From positions 1 through 47,183 of the forward strand of contig CAYSEN010000002.1 of assembly GCA_964430335.1 (NCBI GenBank): 47,183 nt of DNA, given 5' to 3'. This stretch comes from an uncultured Candidatus Saccharibacteria bacterium. Its GTDB lineage: Bacteria > Patescibacteriota > Minisyncoccia > Phycocordibacterales > SIBU01. Under the pieces are notes generated by a model, which ran no database searches, was not told where the DNA came from, and saw nothing but the letters and a program-made list of their open reading frames with translations. Position 1 is the stretch's first letter. Each line of letters opens with the position of its first letter. A program made the translations under genes and the position numbers. Below are positions 17,603 to 27,472 of the stretch, one piece after another.

Positions 17603-20044
17603 CTACAAACCTTTTCCTGCCCTCACCTGAGAAATCAATTTATCAACCTGAGGTTTTGAAGCTGGATCTAATTCCGATATTTTATTTAGGTCCGCAATGG
17701 CAGCCGTAATTCTCCCCGAAGCCACTTCAATACTAGCTCTGCCCAAGTACAACTGAGTGTTTTTTGGGTTTTGTTTAAGCAAGTAGTTAACCCCTGCCAA
17801 AGCGCTGTCATAATCTCCGGCGTTAAAGAATGCTGAAATAAATCTCTGGTCACCTATAAATGATTCAGGGTTTACTGGTTTTAAAATTTCTCCTGCCTTT
17901 GCAAATTGTTTGTCATAAATCAATCCCAAAGCGTAAATTCTTCTGGCTTCATCAGACGTGGTTTCGAGGTCATAAGCCTGCTTGAAAATTTCAATCGCTT
18001 TTTTGTAATCCTTTTTACCCAAGTAAATTGAACCCAATGAGAACAGAATAGTCTGTTTCTTTTCAGACAATTCGTGTGCCCTGGTTAGCAATTTAACGGC
18101 ATTATCGTAGTCTCCAAAACTTGCATAGAACGATCCGCCAAACAGGAAGTACCTTGCATCTGTAGGCGTTCTGTCCAACTGAATAGTCAATTGTTTCTGT
18201 GCCAATGCAAACAAATCACCTTTGGCCTTCTGATCGACATTTTGCGCGCCAGAAATTGAAACGGCATTCTGCACAATCTGCTCTAGAATTTCCGACCTGC
18301 CTGCTGTGTCATAAGAAAAGGCTTTTTCATAATGTACGACATTAGTAGCAAGTCCTCCCTGTTGGACGCTGATTGCATTTACCAATTCTGTTGATGCCAA
18401 AATTGGAGGGACATTTACAAGGTAGACCACAAACAATGTCGCAATCGAAATAACAGGAATAATTATTCTGTCTCGAGTACCGACATCCATTGCCATTACT
18501 GTTTCCTTCAATTTATTTGGCACTTCCCCAACATGACTGTTGACCCACGAGAGCAAAACAACAAACATAATGTAGCTAGTGATATTGTCGAACACGGTCA
18601 AATTATGGAACATGTATCCAGCCAGAAGTCCCGTCACTAAACTTTTTTCCAAAATCGTGAAATGACCATCTTTTCTCCACAAGTAGTAAATAATGAGACC
18701 AAACAGAGCGAAATACGAAATTACACCTAGTAGACCACCGGCAATCAACCAATCAAAGAAAACATTGTGAGTTCGGTCAAACCACTGCTCGTTTGCATAC
18801 ATTTTAGGGTCGTAATATTTGTTGAATACATAGTTGAAGCTTTCCTGACCCCAGCCAAAAATTGGTTTTTCTTTAAAACCCTGGAAAGCCATATTCCAAA
18901 TCGTAAATCTAGACTGAGTAGTTTTGTCTGAAATAGAAAGATCTGAAAAACGTGACAAGACAGGACTCTTCTTTACCATATCTGTATTTTTTATGGCGTA
19001 GAATCCTCCTACTACCACCACAAGAGCTACAATCATTCCGATTGAAATATTCTGCAAGTTTTTATTTTCTTTATTTAAGAACAAGAAAATAAGCGCTGTT
19101 AAGAATAGTCCGCCAATCAATCCTAGAATCGCACCTCTTGTTGCTGTGTTGTACAAAACATAAATCTGCGAAAGAAATACAAGCGTGTAAAGACCGTACC
19201 TCACCAAAGCCTTAGTTTTCACAGAAAAATTCTTTTCATAAATCCATAGGACCGAAAGTGCTATAAGCCCCACAATTGAAAGCCAAAAAATAGCCATTCC
19301 TAAATTTCCTGTGAAAAAGAATATGCTACTTGCTTTCAGTTCTTCGTTGCTTGGGTAGTGGCTGTAAATTCTGTAAAACTCATTTATTCTTGAAAAATAG
19401 TGATAGAACGGGAACAAAAACGAAAGACCCAGGCCGATAAATCCAGATGTGATAATTGGCTTTGAACTGTGTTCTTCTTTGTCTGACAAAAGCAACAGAG
19501 AAAAGAAAATTAGGAAAACCATGTAAATGGCCAGATATGTAGAGTTACCGAAGGTGGCGTCAATTCTCACACCGCTTTGATGTATATCGAGCTCCTTGTG
19601 TAGCTGAAGCAGAGAGTAACCGTAAGTAAAGATTCCAACCCCGACAAAAGTTTGGAATAAATTTTTCCAAAGCTTTTTGGTCATCACGCTACTTAGAACG
19701 ACAAAAAATGCAAACAAATGTGCCAATGTGACCCAACCTTCCATTCTTTCGTAGTTAGACCAAAAACTCTTGAAGGCGTTTGGACTTAAAAGATCTGAAA
19801 TGAAAATTGTTCCTATAAATATAGCAAACACATAAAACAATTTTGAAACTTTTGGAAAGACAGAATGGTCTCGAATTGCCAAAATTAGCCAAAGTCCAGT
19901 AACGATCTCAACCAAAATCCTAAAAGCGAAATTCTTACTCGTGATAAACGGAAAGAAAAGACTGTTAAATACGAATAAACAAATAAATGGTATTAAAAAT
20001 ATTCCTCCCAAAACGAGGTAACGTAAAATTTTATTAGTTTGCAT
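17603..20044 (-). CDS. O-antigen ligase/polymerase-like (Wzy_C) polytopic membrane protein fused to C-terminal TPR repeats
   Basis: The first ~530 aa hold many TM helices with a large loop (TRGAILGLIGG...), typical of the Wzy_C/O-antigen ligase family. The last ~250 aa are TPR-like (YDNAVKLLTRAHEL..., KKDYKKAIEIFKQAYDL...). Confidence 0.7.
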   Translation of the reverse strand: MQTNKILRYLVLGGIFLIPFICLFVFNSLFFPFITSKNFAFRILVEIVTGLWLILAIRDHSVFPKVSKLFYVFAIFIGTIFISDLLSPNAFKSFWSNYERMEGWVTLAHLFAFFVVLSSVMTKKLWKNLFQTFVGVGIFTYGYSLLQLHKELDIHQSGVRIDATFGNSTYLAIYMVFLIFFSLLLLSDKEEHSSKPIITSGFIGLGLSFLFPFYHYFSRINEFYRIYSHYPSNEELKASSIFFFTGNLGMAIFWLSIVGLIALSVLWIYEKNFSVKTKALVRYGLYTLVFLSQIYVLYNTATRGAILGLIGGLFLTALIFLFLNKENKNLQNISIGMIVALVVVVGGFYAIKNTDMVKKSPVLSRFSDLSISDKTTQSRFTIWNMAFQGFKEKPIFGWGQESFNYVFNKYYDPKMYANEQWFDRTHNVFFDWLIAGGLLGVISYFALFGLIIYYLWRKDGHFTILEKSLVTGLLAGYMFHNLTVFDNITSYIMFVVLLSWVNSHVGEVPNKLKETVMAMDVGTRDRIIIPVISIATLFVVYLVNVPPILASTELVNAISVQQGGLATNVVHYEKAFSYDTAGRSEILEQIVQNAVSISGAQNVDQKAKGDLFALAQKQLTIQLDRTPTDARYFLFGGSFYASFGDYDNAVKLLTRAHELSEKKQTILFSLGSIYLGKKDYKKAIEIFKQAYDLETTSDEARRIYALGLIYDKQFAKAGEILKPVNPESFIGDQRFISAFFNAGDYDSALAGVNYLLKQNPKNTQLYLGRASIEVASGRITAAIADLNKISELDPASKPQVDKLISQVRAGKGL

Positions 20045-20139
20045 GTTGGAATGATAACATGCTCATTTCCAATAGAAAATAGTAAACCGGTTGCGACAGA
20101 TTTTAGAGAGTAAATCAATAGTAGAGACAGTGGTCAAAA

Positions 20140-20808
20140 CTAAACCCTTTTGCTGATTTCCCTCTCTGCTCTTGCCCAATCTTCCGGCTCGTCAATATCA
20201 ACCGCCTTTTCTTCAGACATCAAGAAAATTCCTATTTTTCCGCCGAGTCGATTTTTATGTTTTTTAAAAATATTTTTGTTGGTTAGATAAAATGCTCCGT
20301 TTTCATGAACCACACCTTCAAAGTCCTGTCTGCGTGGTCTTTTTTGATAATCGTAATTGAGTGGTTTTCCTTTTACAGTCCAAAAGAACTTTTTGAACAA
20401 CACTCCTGTTAGAAGAGAGTCGTACTTCTCTTCTACAAATTTTTCTATCGCACTGTCTAAATCTTCAGTAGTAGTCAAAGGTGAAGTGGCCTGAATTAAA
20501 TTTAAAATATCGAAATCTACATTTTCTGAAAAATGCTTCATGACAGATTCGGTCGAAGATGAATCTTCCGCAAGCTCCTTAGGTCGATCGATGACTTTTA
20601 CCGGAAGGCCCAAAGATAAAACTATTTTCTTTATCTCCTCGTCATCGGTTGAAACCCAGACCTCGTCTATATATTTTGAATCTGAGGCTGATTTTAATAC
20701 CCAAAAGCACAGAGGTTTACCTGCAAGCTCCTTAATATTCTTTCTAGGTATAGATTTTGATCCTCCGCGAAGTGGAATGAGACTTACGATTTTTTTGCCC
20801 TTAATCAT
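20140..20808 (-). CDS. Acylneuraminate (nonulosonate) cytidylyltransferase family protein (NeuA-like CMP-sugar synthetase)
   Basis: IPLRGGSKSIPRKNIKELAGKPL and IQATSPL are CTP_transf_3 hallmarks. The start is set at the Met at 20808, because the track start at 20853 overlaps the divergent promoter. Confidence 0.8.
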   Translation of the reverse strand: MIKGKKIVSLIPLRGGSKSIPRKNIKELAGKPLCFWVLKSASDSKYIDEVWVSTDDEEIKKIVLSLGLPVKVIDRPKELAEDSSSTESVMKHFSENVDFDILNLIQATSPLTTTEDLDSAIEKFVEEKYDSLLTGVLFKKFFWTVKGKPLNYDYQKRPRRQDFEGVVHENGAFYLTNKNIFKKHKNRLGGKIGIFLMSEEKAVDIDEPEDWARAEREISKRV

Positions 20809-20846
20809 TTTGGCAGTATAACATATTATTTGTAATCTGGCACCTT

Positions 20847-20875
20847 TTGACACCTTTTGACACTTCTGATAGAAT
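20847..20875 (+). promoter_or_regulatory. Near-consensus sigma70-type promoter for the glycan operon. The predicted TSS lies at or next to the ATG at 20882.
   Basis: TTGACA at 20847-20852, a 17-nt spacer, then TAGAAT at 20870-20875. The ATG begins 7 nt after the -10 box. ccttttgaca is tandemly duplicated. Confidence 0.6.
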
Positions 20876-20881
20876 CAGCCT

Positions 20882-21130
20882 ATGACAGAAGAGATAAAAC
20901 CTCACGCGGTTTATACAACCAGTGAGACCCAAGAAATTCTAAAAATCAGTGAAAGCACTATTAAAAGACTCTTGAAAAAGGGCCTTATTAGAGCCAACAA
21001 AATTGGTGGTCAATATAGAATTCTTGGCAAGGAGCTTCTACACATCCTCTCCCCTGACCTAGAAAAGGAGGCCACTAAGTCATACAGACAACTAAAAAGA
21101 AAGGTTGTACGTGAGATTAAAACTTGGTAA
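20882..21130 (+). CDS. Small excisionase/MerR-type HTH DNA-binding protein
   Basis: YTTSETQEILKISESTIKRLLKKGLIRANKIGGQYRI matches the HTH_17 pattern. 82 aa, first gene of the plus-strand block. Confidence 0.7.
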   Translation: MTEEIKPHAVYTTSETQEILKISESTIKRLLKKGLIRANKIGGQYRILGKELLHILSPDLEKEATKSYRQLKRKVVREIKTW

Positions 21131-21192
21131 AAAGTTAGAACATTACAAGGAGAGATCGTGTTATACTTTGAGACACTTTTAATAACAAAAAT

Positions 21193-22308
21193 ATGAAAAA
21201 AGACAAAAAACCAGCAAAGAAAGGGACAGAGGCAATCAAGAAAGCTTTTATTACAGGAATCACGGGTCAAGACGGTTCTTATCTTGCCGAATTACTCCTA
21301 GACAAAGGTTATGAAGTTCATGGACTAATCAGAAGAGCTTCAACATTTAACACAGGTAGAATTGATCATATTTACTTAGACCCTCACACCAAAGGTAACA
21401 AACTTTTCCTACACTACGGAGATCTCTCTGACGCAAGCAATCTAAAAAAATTAATTTTTGCTATCGCACCTGATGAAGTCTACAACCTCGGTGCACAGTC
21501 ACACGTAAAAGTATCCTTCGATATGGCTGAATACACGGGCGACATCACAGGTCTTGGAGCACTAAGAGTTTTGGAAGCAATTAAAGATTTTCAGGCTCAT
21601 GGTGGTAAAAAAATAAAATTCTACCAAGCGTCATCAAGCGAAATGTTCGGCTCAGCCCTACCACCACAAAACGAGAAGACTCCCTTTGCGCCACGCAGTC
21701 CATATGGAGTGGCTAAAACTTTCGCATACTACGGAACTGTAAATTGCCGTGAATCATATGACGTATTTGCCGTAAACGGAATTCTTTTTAATCACGAAAG
21801 TCCGAGACGAGGAGAAACCTTCGTGACACGAAAAATTACTCAGGCTGTAGCTCGAATCAAACTCGGTCTTCAAGACAAACTCTATTTAGGTAACCTAGAC
21901 GCCAAAAGAGATTGGGGTCATGCTCGCGACTATGTAGAAGCAATGTATCTCATGATGCAACTTCCAAAACCCGAGGATTTCGTAATCGCTACCGGCGAAC
22001 AACACACTGTCCGAGAATTTTGCGAACTAGCGTTTAAAGAAATCGGCATAAAAATAAAATGGCATGGCAAAGGTTTAGAAGAAAAAGGTATTGATTCTGA
22101 AACTGGTAATACTCTAATAGAAATCGACGATAAATATTTCAGACCAGCAGAAGTAAATTCTCTGATGGGCGATGCCACAAAAGCCTACAGCAAACTTGGT
22201 TGGAAACCGAAAACAACCTTCAGCGAACTGGTAAAAGAAATGGTAGCCTCAGACCTAAACGAGGAGTCCAAGAAACACATCTTGGCACAAAGCGGAAAGA
22301 AAAAATAA
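21193..22308 (+). CDS. gmd: GDP-mannose 4,6-dehydratase
   Basis: [42 protein letters not shown] and [17 protein letters not shown] are classic Gmd blocks. Confidence 0.95.
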   Translation: MKKDKKPAKKGTEAIKKAFITGITGQDGSYLAELLLDKGYEVHGLIRRASTFNTGRIDHIYLDPHTKGNKLFLHYGDLSDASNLKKLIFAIAPDEVYNLGAQSHVKVSFDMAEYTGDITGLGALRVLEAIKDFQAHGGKKIKFYQASSSEMFGSALPPQNEKTPFAPRSPYGVAKTFAYYGTVNCRESYDVFAVNGILFNHESPRRGETFVTRKITQAVARIKLGLQDKLYLGNLDAKRDWGHARDYVEAMYLMMQLPKPEDFVIATGEQHTVREFCELAFKEIGIKIKWHGKGLEEKGIDSETGNTLIEIDDKYFRPAEVNSLMGDATKAYSKLGWKPKTTFSELVKEMVASDLNEESKKHILAQSGKKK

Positions 22309-22309
22309 A

Positions 22310-23251
22310 ATGAAGAAGGAATCAAAAATTTTCATTGCTGGACATCGTGGCTTGGTCGGAGGAGCTATCACGAAAAATCTTAAATCAAAAGGCTTCAATA
22401 ACCTTATCCTTAAGACACGAGAAGAATTAGATCTTCTAGACCAAAAAGCTGTCGAGAAATTCTTTCAAACTGAAAAGCCGGAATTTGTTTTTTTAGCGGC
22501 TGCAAAAGTTGGTGGCATCATGGCCAACAAAACTTATCCAGCACAATTCATTCAGGAAAATCTTACAATTCAGAACAACATCCTTGAAAGTGCTCGCAAA
22601 AGTGGCGTGACTAAACTGCTTTTCCTTGGAAGTTCTTGTATCTACCCAAGATTGGCAAAGCAACCAATAAAAGAAGAGGCTCTACTTTCTGGCCCGCTTG
22701 AGTCTACTAATAGAGCATACGCTGTGGCAAAAATCGCAGGAATCGTCACTTGCCAATCATACAACTCACAATATGGTACAAATTTCATCTCTGTAATGCC
22801 GACCAACCTCTACGGTCCAAATGACAATTTTGACCTAGAAAATTCTCACGTCCTCCCTGCCCTAATCAGAAAATTTCACGAAGCAAAAACTCTTGGAAAA
22901 AATGAAGTAACACTTTGGGGGACAGGAAAAGCTAAAAGAGAATTTTTACACGTAGAAGATTTAGCTGAGGCCTGTATTTTTCTTATGGAAAAATACAATG
23001 ATTCAGAAATTGTAAATATTGGAACAGGCATAGATATTTCTATTAAGAAATTGGCCGAGATGGTCAAAAAAGTTACAGACTTCAAAGGCAAAATTGTTTG
23101 GGATAAAACCAAACCAGACGGAACACCGAGAAAAGTCGTGAATGTTAATAAAATTCACAAATTAGGATGGAAGCACAAAATTGATTTAGCAAAAGGACTA
23201 GAATCAACTTACGATTGGTATTTGGAAAACTTACCAATTATTAAAAAATAA
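22310..23251 (+). CDS. fcl: GDP-L-fucose synthase (GDP-4-keto-6-deoxymannose 3,5-epimerase/4-reductase)
   Basis: IFIAGHRGLVGGAI, GSSCIYP, YAVAKIAG and TNLYGPNDNF. It follows gmd directly with a 1-nt gap. Confidence 0.93.
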   Translation: MKKESKIFIAGHRGLVGGAITKNLKSKGFNNLILKTREELDLLDQKAVEKFFQTEKPEFVFLAAAKVGGIMANKTYPAQFIQENLTIQNNILESARKSGVTKLLFLGSSCIYPRLAKQPIKEEALLSGPLESTNRAYAVAKIAGIVTCQSYNSQYGTNFISVMPTNLYGPNDNFDLENSHVLPALIRKFHEAKTLGKNEVTLWGTGKAKREFLHVEDLAEACIFLMEKYNDSEIVNIGTGIDISIKKLAEMVKKVTDFKGKIVWDKTKPDGTPRKVVNVNKIHKLGWKHKIDLAKGLESTYDWYLENLPIIKK

Positions 23252-23255
23252 AGTT

Positions 23256-24299
23256 ATGTCAGATTTCTATAAAAACAAAAATGTTGCGGTTACAGGAGGC
23301 CTAGGACTTATCGGTTCTTTTTTGTGTGAGGAATTATTGAAGGTTGGTGCAAACGTAATCCTTGTTGATGACGAATCAAAAGGCACATGGAAATATATAA
23401 AACACCTTCGCCACAAAGTAGATTTCCGAAAAAAAGATCTGACTGACCCAAAACAAGCTCTGTCATCACTTAAAGGAGCGGACTTCGTATTTCATCTTGC
23501 CTCAAGAGCTTATGGCGTTGGTTTTAGTCACAAAAATAATTTTGAAATGTTTCGTTTCAATGATCTAGTAAACACCAACGTGCTTGATTCTATCGCACAC
23601 AATAAACCAAGCCGAGCGCTAGTAGTTAGCTCAAGTTGTGTTTATCCAGACGACGGACCGACGCCAATGACAGATCAAAAGAACTTCGACGGTGAACCCG
23701 AGATGGTCAACTGGGGCTACGGCTGGGCGAAAAGAATTTTGGAATACAAAGCCAAAATCTACATGAGAGAAACCGGAATACCGATAACGATCGTCAGACC
23801 ATTTAATATTTACGGTGAAAGATATAATTGGGTTGGCCAAAATTCTCAAGCCATTCCGATGCTTACAAAAAAAATCTGTGACAGAGAAGACCCTATTATC
23901 GTCTGGGGTTCGGGAGAACAAAAAAGGACATACATCCACGCTGAAGACGCTGCAAGAATCATGATGCGTTTTGTAGAAAATGGATTTACTAAACAGCCCG
24001 TCAATATAGGTCTTGAAGAAACCATTTCTGTAAAAGAATTAGTAAAACAAATTGCGAAGTCGGCCGATATTGATGTGAACTTAGTTTTTGATAAAACCAA
24101 ACCAGAAGGTCGCCTCGTAAAAAGTGCAGACAGCAAGCTAATGAAACAAGCCCTAGGAAAAGATTTCAAAATTGAAATCGATATTGAAGAAGGCTTAAGC
24201 AGAATGGTTAATTGGTACAAAGAAACTTTTACAATGGAAGGTACAAAAGAAAAAATCAAAAAATTGAAAGTGAAGAGTCATAAAAATAATAAAAAATAA
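23256..24299 (+). CDS. NAD-dependent sugar-nucleotide epimerase/dehydratase (extended SDR) with a Lys-rich C-terminal tail
   Basis: VAVTGGLGLIGSFL is the Rossmann motif and YGWAK is YxxxK. The tail reads EKIKKLKVKSHKNNKK. Confidence 0.8.
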   Translation: MSDFYKNKNVAVTGGLGLIGSFLCEELLKVGANVILVDDESKGTWKYIKHLRHKVDFRKKDLTDPKQALSSLKGADFVFHLASRAYGVGFSHKNNFEMFRFNDLVNTNVLDSIAHNKPSRALVVSSSCVYPDDGPTPMTDQKNFDGEPEMVNWGYGWAKRILEYKAKIYMRETGIPITIVRPFNIYGERYNWVGQNSQAIPMLTKKICDREDPIIVWGSGEQKRTYIHAEDAARIMMRFVENGFTKQPVNIGLEETISVKELVKQIAKSADIDVNLVFDKTKPEGRLVKSADSKLMKQALGKDFKIEIDIEEGLSRMVNWYKETFTMEGTKEKIKKLKVKSHKNNKK

Positions 24300-24303
24300 A
24301 TTT

Positions 24304-25119
24304 ATGGTCACCGTTATCAAACCGAAAAAAACATTGAGCCTTGATGATCTCCGAGAAATCTGGGAATACAAAGGCCTTTTGTATTTTTTTGTTTGGCGTG
24401 ATCTTAAGGTCAGATACAAACAAACTATCGTGGGCGTAGGCTGGGCGATTTTTCAACCATTCATAAACATGGTGGTCTTCAGTGTCTTCTTCGGAAAATT
24501 GATCAAAGTGCCATCAGATGGAATTCCCTACCCAATATTCGTCTACACAGGCCTTTTGTTTTGGCAATTCTTTTCTAGCGCCCTTTCAGAAACTAGTAAT
24601 GCTCTTATTTCAAACGCTGCCATTGTTACAAAAGTTTATTTTCCTCGACTACTCCTACCAATCGCAGTGACCATCACAAAATTCGTGGACACTTTTGTGG
24701 CATCTCTAATTTTAATCGGCTTAATGTTTTACTACGGATTTGTACCTCACGCTCAAGCGATAATAGTCATACCAATAATTTTACTCATTTCATTTATGGC
24801 CGCGGTTGGTGGTGGACTTTTCCTTGCTTCAATTAACGTAAAATATAGAGATGTGCGATACGTCCTGCCGTTCTTCATACAAATGCTTCTATTCATAACG
24901 CCTGTTATTTACCCAGCATCTATAGCAGGAAAATACTCTTGGATTCTTGCGGTAAATCCAATGACAGGTGTCATTAAAGCAGCGAGAGGAAGCATTCTAG
25001 GAACTGAACCGGTCAACTGGCTACTACTCGGATTGTCTTTCATAGCAACAATGATAATTTTTGTAATCGGAATTATTTTCTTCAAAAAAACTGAAAGATA
25101 TTTTGCCGATATCGTATAA
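24304..25119 (+). CDS. wzm: Polysaccharide ABC exporter permease (ABC-2 type, Wzm/TagG-like)
   Basis: 271 aa with the N-terminal LLYFFVWRDLKVRYKQTIVGVGWAIFQP motif typical of Wzm/TagG/KpsM, and 6 TM helices. Confidence 0.88.
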   Translation: MVTVIKPKKTLSLDDLREIWEYKGLLYFFVWRDLKVRYKQTIVGVGWAIFQPFINMVVFSVFFGKLIKVPSDGIPYPIFVYTGLLFWQFFSSALSETSNALISNAAIVTKVYFPRLLLPIAVTITKFVDTFVASLILIGLMFYYGFVPHAQAIIVIPIILLISFMAAVGGGLFLASINVKYRDVRYVLPFFIQMLLFITPVIYPASIAGKYSWILAVNPMTGVIKAARGSILGTEPVNWLLLGLSFIATMIIFVIGIIFFKKTERYFADIV

Positions 25120-25123
25120 AAAC

Positions 25124-26392
25124 ATGGAACCAATAATTGAAATAAAAAATATAGGAAAGAGATACAACATTGCCGGACGTAAAAAAGGTTACGTTGCTCT
25201 TAGAGATATTTTGACCGAAGGTATCAAACACCCATTCGACAGTTTAAAGAAAACGGCAAAATCCGTTTTAGGAAAAAATAAAATGGAGACTTTCTGGGCG
25301 CTTAAAGATATAAATTTTTCTGTACAAAAAGGTGAAGCCGTTGGAATAATCGGTGCAAACGGAGCTGGAAAATCGACTCTCTTAAAAATCCTATCAAGAA
25401 TCACTCCGCCAACAGAAGGTGAAATCACTATTCGTGGACGAGTCGCTTCCCTTCTCGAAGTCGGAACCGGTTTTCATCCTGAGCTATCTGGCCGAGAAAA
25501 TGTTTTTCTGAATGGCGCTATTTTAGGAATGACTCGCGCTGAAATCGCTCAAAAATTTGATGCGATTGTGGCGTTTGCAGGAATTGGCGACTTTATAGAC
25601 ACTCCAGTAAAAAGATACTCGACTGGAATGTATGTTCGTCTCGCCTTCTCAATCGCCGCACATATCGAACCAGACATTTTACTTGTCGATGAAGTCTTGG
25701 CCGTTGGTGACGCGGAATTTCAGAAAAAGTGTCTAGGAAAAATGGAGGAAGTTACAGGAACCGCCGGACGAACGATTCTTTTTGTCAGCCACAACATGGC
25801 AGCCGTAGAAAAACTTTGCACCAAATCGATTCTCTTAAGAAAAGGACAGGTTGTCATGGTTGGAAAAACCAAAGATGTAATTGAAAAATACCTAAAATAT
25901 GAATATGAAAAAAATTCTGACGAGAATGCCATTTTCCCATTCAAGGAAAAGGACGTAATCATAAATTCATTCAACGTCACACAAAGTGGCGTAAAGACCG
26001 AAAACCTAGACACCGACAAACCCTTTGAAGTTGAAATCGATTTCGAAACATTAGCCGACCTAACAGAGTTTAGAATTGGAGTTTATGTAAGAAATGGTCT
26101 GGGCGACGTCTTGTTTAGATCCCTTGCCTCAGATTGGCATCCAGAATTTGAAAAAATTAAAAAAGGAAAATACAAAGCGAAATTATCCTTCCCAGAAAAA
26201 CTATTAAGCCAAGGAAATTACTTCCTCAGCCTTCATGTTAGTAGATATGGAATCAAAAATTACTTGGCAAGACAGGCAATCGAAAGAGGTGTGGTTGTTG
26301 GTCAATCAGCGTACTACAACCAAGGTCACCCTACAGAAAAAGCAGACTCGATGCTACTACTGAACAGAGAATGGAAACTGGAATCAATCTAA
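25124..26392 (+). CDS. wzt: Polysaccharide ABC exporter ATPase with an extended C-terminal (Wzt_C-like) domain
   Basis: Walker A GANGAGKST, signature YSTGM, Walker B ILLVDEVLAVGD. About 170 extra C-terminal residues look beta-rich (FEVEIDFETLADLTEFRIGVYVRN...NYFLSLHV). The ATG at 25124 is preferred over the TTG at 25103. Confidence 0.85.
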   Translation: MEPIIEIKNIGKRYNIAGRKKGYVALRDILTEGIKHPFDSLKKTAKSVLGKNKMETFWALKDINFSVQKGEAVGIIGANGAGKSTLLKILSRITPPTEGEITIRGRVASLLEVGTGFHPELSGRENVFLNGAILGMTRAEIAQKFDAIVAFAGIGDFIDTPVKRYSTGMYVRLAFSIAAHIEPDILLVDEVLAVGDAEFQKKCLGKMEEVTGTAGRTILFVSHNMAAVEKLCTKSILLRKGQVVMVGKTKDVIEKYLKYEYEKNSDENAIFPFKEKDVIINSFNVTQSGVKTENLDTDKPFEVEIDFETLADLTEFRIGVYVRNGLGDVLFRSLASDWHPEFEKIKKGKYKAKLSFPEKLLSQGNYFLSLHVSRYGIKNYLARQAIERGVVVGQSAYYNQGHPTEKADSMLLLNREWKLESI

Positions 26393-26425
26393 TGTCTAAA
26401 TATCCAGTATCTAACATCTAATAAA

Positions 26426-27472
26426 ATGATTACTGTTCGACTTACATCCGAATACCCAAAAGTTCCTCTGGAGAGACAAACTCCAGGTTCACTTGGTATT
26501 TGGGGAAACTACAAATTCATCATCGATCAACCTACAGAAAAGGCTGATTGGTGGGTAGTGCTCGGTGACCTTCCTGAAAAACAAACCACAATTTGCCCGA
26601 AAGAAAACACCATTTTCATCAATCAAGAAACCGAACACATTCGAACCTACAGAAAGGATTTTACTGACCAGTTTGCGACAGTAATTACCTGCCAAAGGCC
26701 ACTAAATCACCCTCACAAAATCTACACTCAGCAAGCACACCTGTGGCATGTTGGATGGTTTGGATCCGGCTCTGGGGTAGATCCAAAAGACTACAAAAAA
26801 ATGTTCACAACGTATGACCAGCTCAAAGCCATTACCGATATTCCAAAAACCAAATTACTTTCAAACGTAACTTCTTCAAAAAACCATACCGAGGGTCAAA
26901 AACTCAAACACGCCTTTCTAAAATTAGTGAAAGAAAAATATGGCGATCAATTTGGTAATTTTGGTGCGGGGATAAATATGCTTCGCGACAAATGGGACGG
27001 CATCGCTCCTTACAAATACTATCTTGCGATCGACAATAGCTATGTAGAAGATTATTGGACAACTAACCTAGGAGACGCCTATCTTGCTGGAGCCTACCCA
27101 ATCTATTATGGCCACCCTAGCGTTCTTAAATATTTTTCATCAGACGCTTTAACCGTAATCGACATCACCAAACCAGAGGAGGCTCTCAAAAAAATTGAGG
27201 AGGTTATTTCTGGAAATTACTACGAAAAATACAAGGATGAAATTTGGAAGGCTCGCGATTTAGTTATGAACAAATATAACTTGTTCAACCTGATTGCTGA
27301 GACAATCGACAGTCTTCCTAAAAACGGAAAGTCGGTCAAACTGACCCTTAAACCTGAAAAGAAGCCTTGGCTTAAGAAAAAAGTCATTGCAACTTTAAAA
27401 GGAAAAAACGGGTTATATGATATGGCGAAAAAAGTCTATAGAACATATCGTCAAATTCGTTATAAAAAATAA
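26426..27472 (+). CDS. GT10-like (alpha-1,3/4-fucosyltransferase-like) glycosyltransferase with a basic amphipathic C-terminal tail
   Basis: YKYYLAIDNSYVEDYWTTNLGDAYLAGAYPIYYGHPSV aligns by eye with the H. pylori FucT block YKFNLCFENS...YVTEKILDAY...IPIYWGSPSV recalled from memory. It sits beside gmd/fcl. Confidence 0.6.
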   Translation: MITVRLTSEYPKVPLERQTPGSLGIWGNYKFIIDQPTEKADWWVVLGDLPEKQTTICPKENTIFINQETEHIRTYRKDFTDQFATVITCQRPLNHPHKIYTQQAHLWHVGWFGSGSGVDPKDYKKMFTTYDQLKAITDIPKTKLLSNVTSSKNHTEGQKLKHAFLKLVKEKYGDQFGNFGAGINMLRDKWDGIAPYKYYLAIDNSYVEDYWTTNLGDAYLAGAYPIYYGHPSVLKYFSSDALTVIDITKPEEALKKIEEVISGNYYEKYKDEIWKARDLVMNKYNLFNLIAETIDSLPKNGKSVKLTLKPEKKPWLKKKVIATLKGKNGLYDMAKKVYRTYRQIRYKK

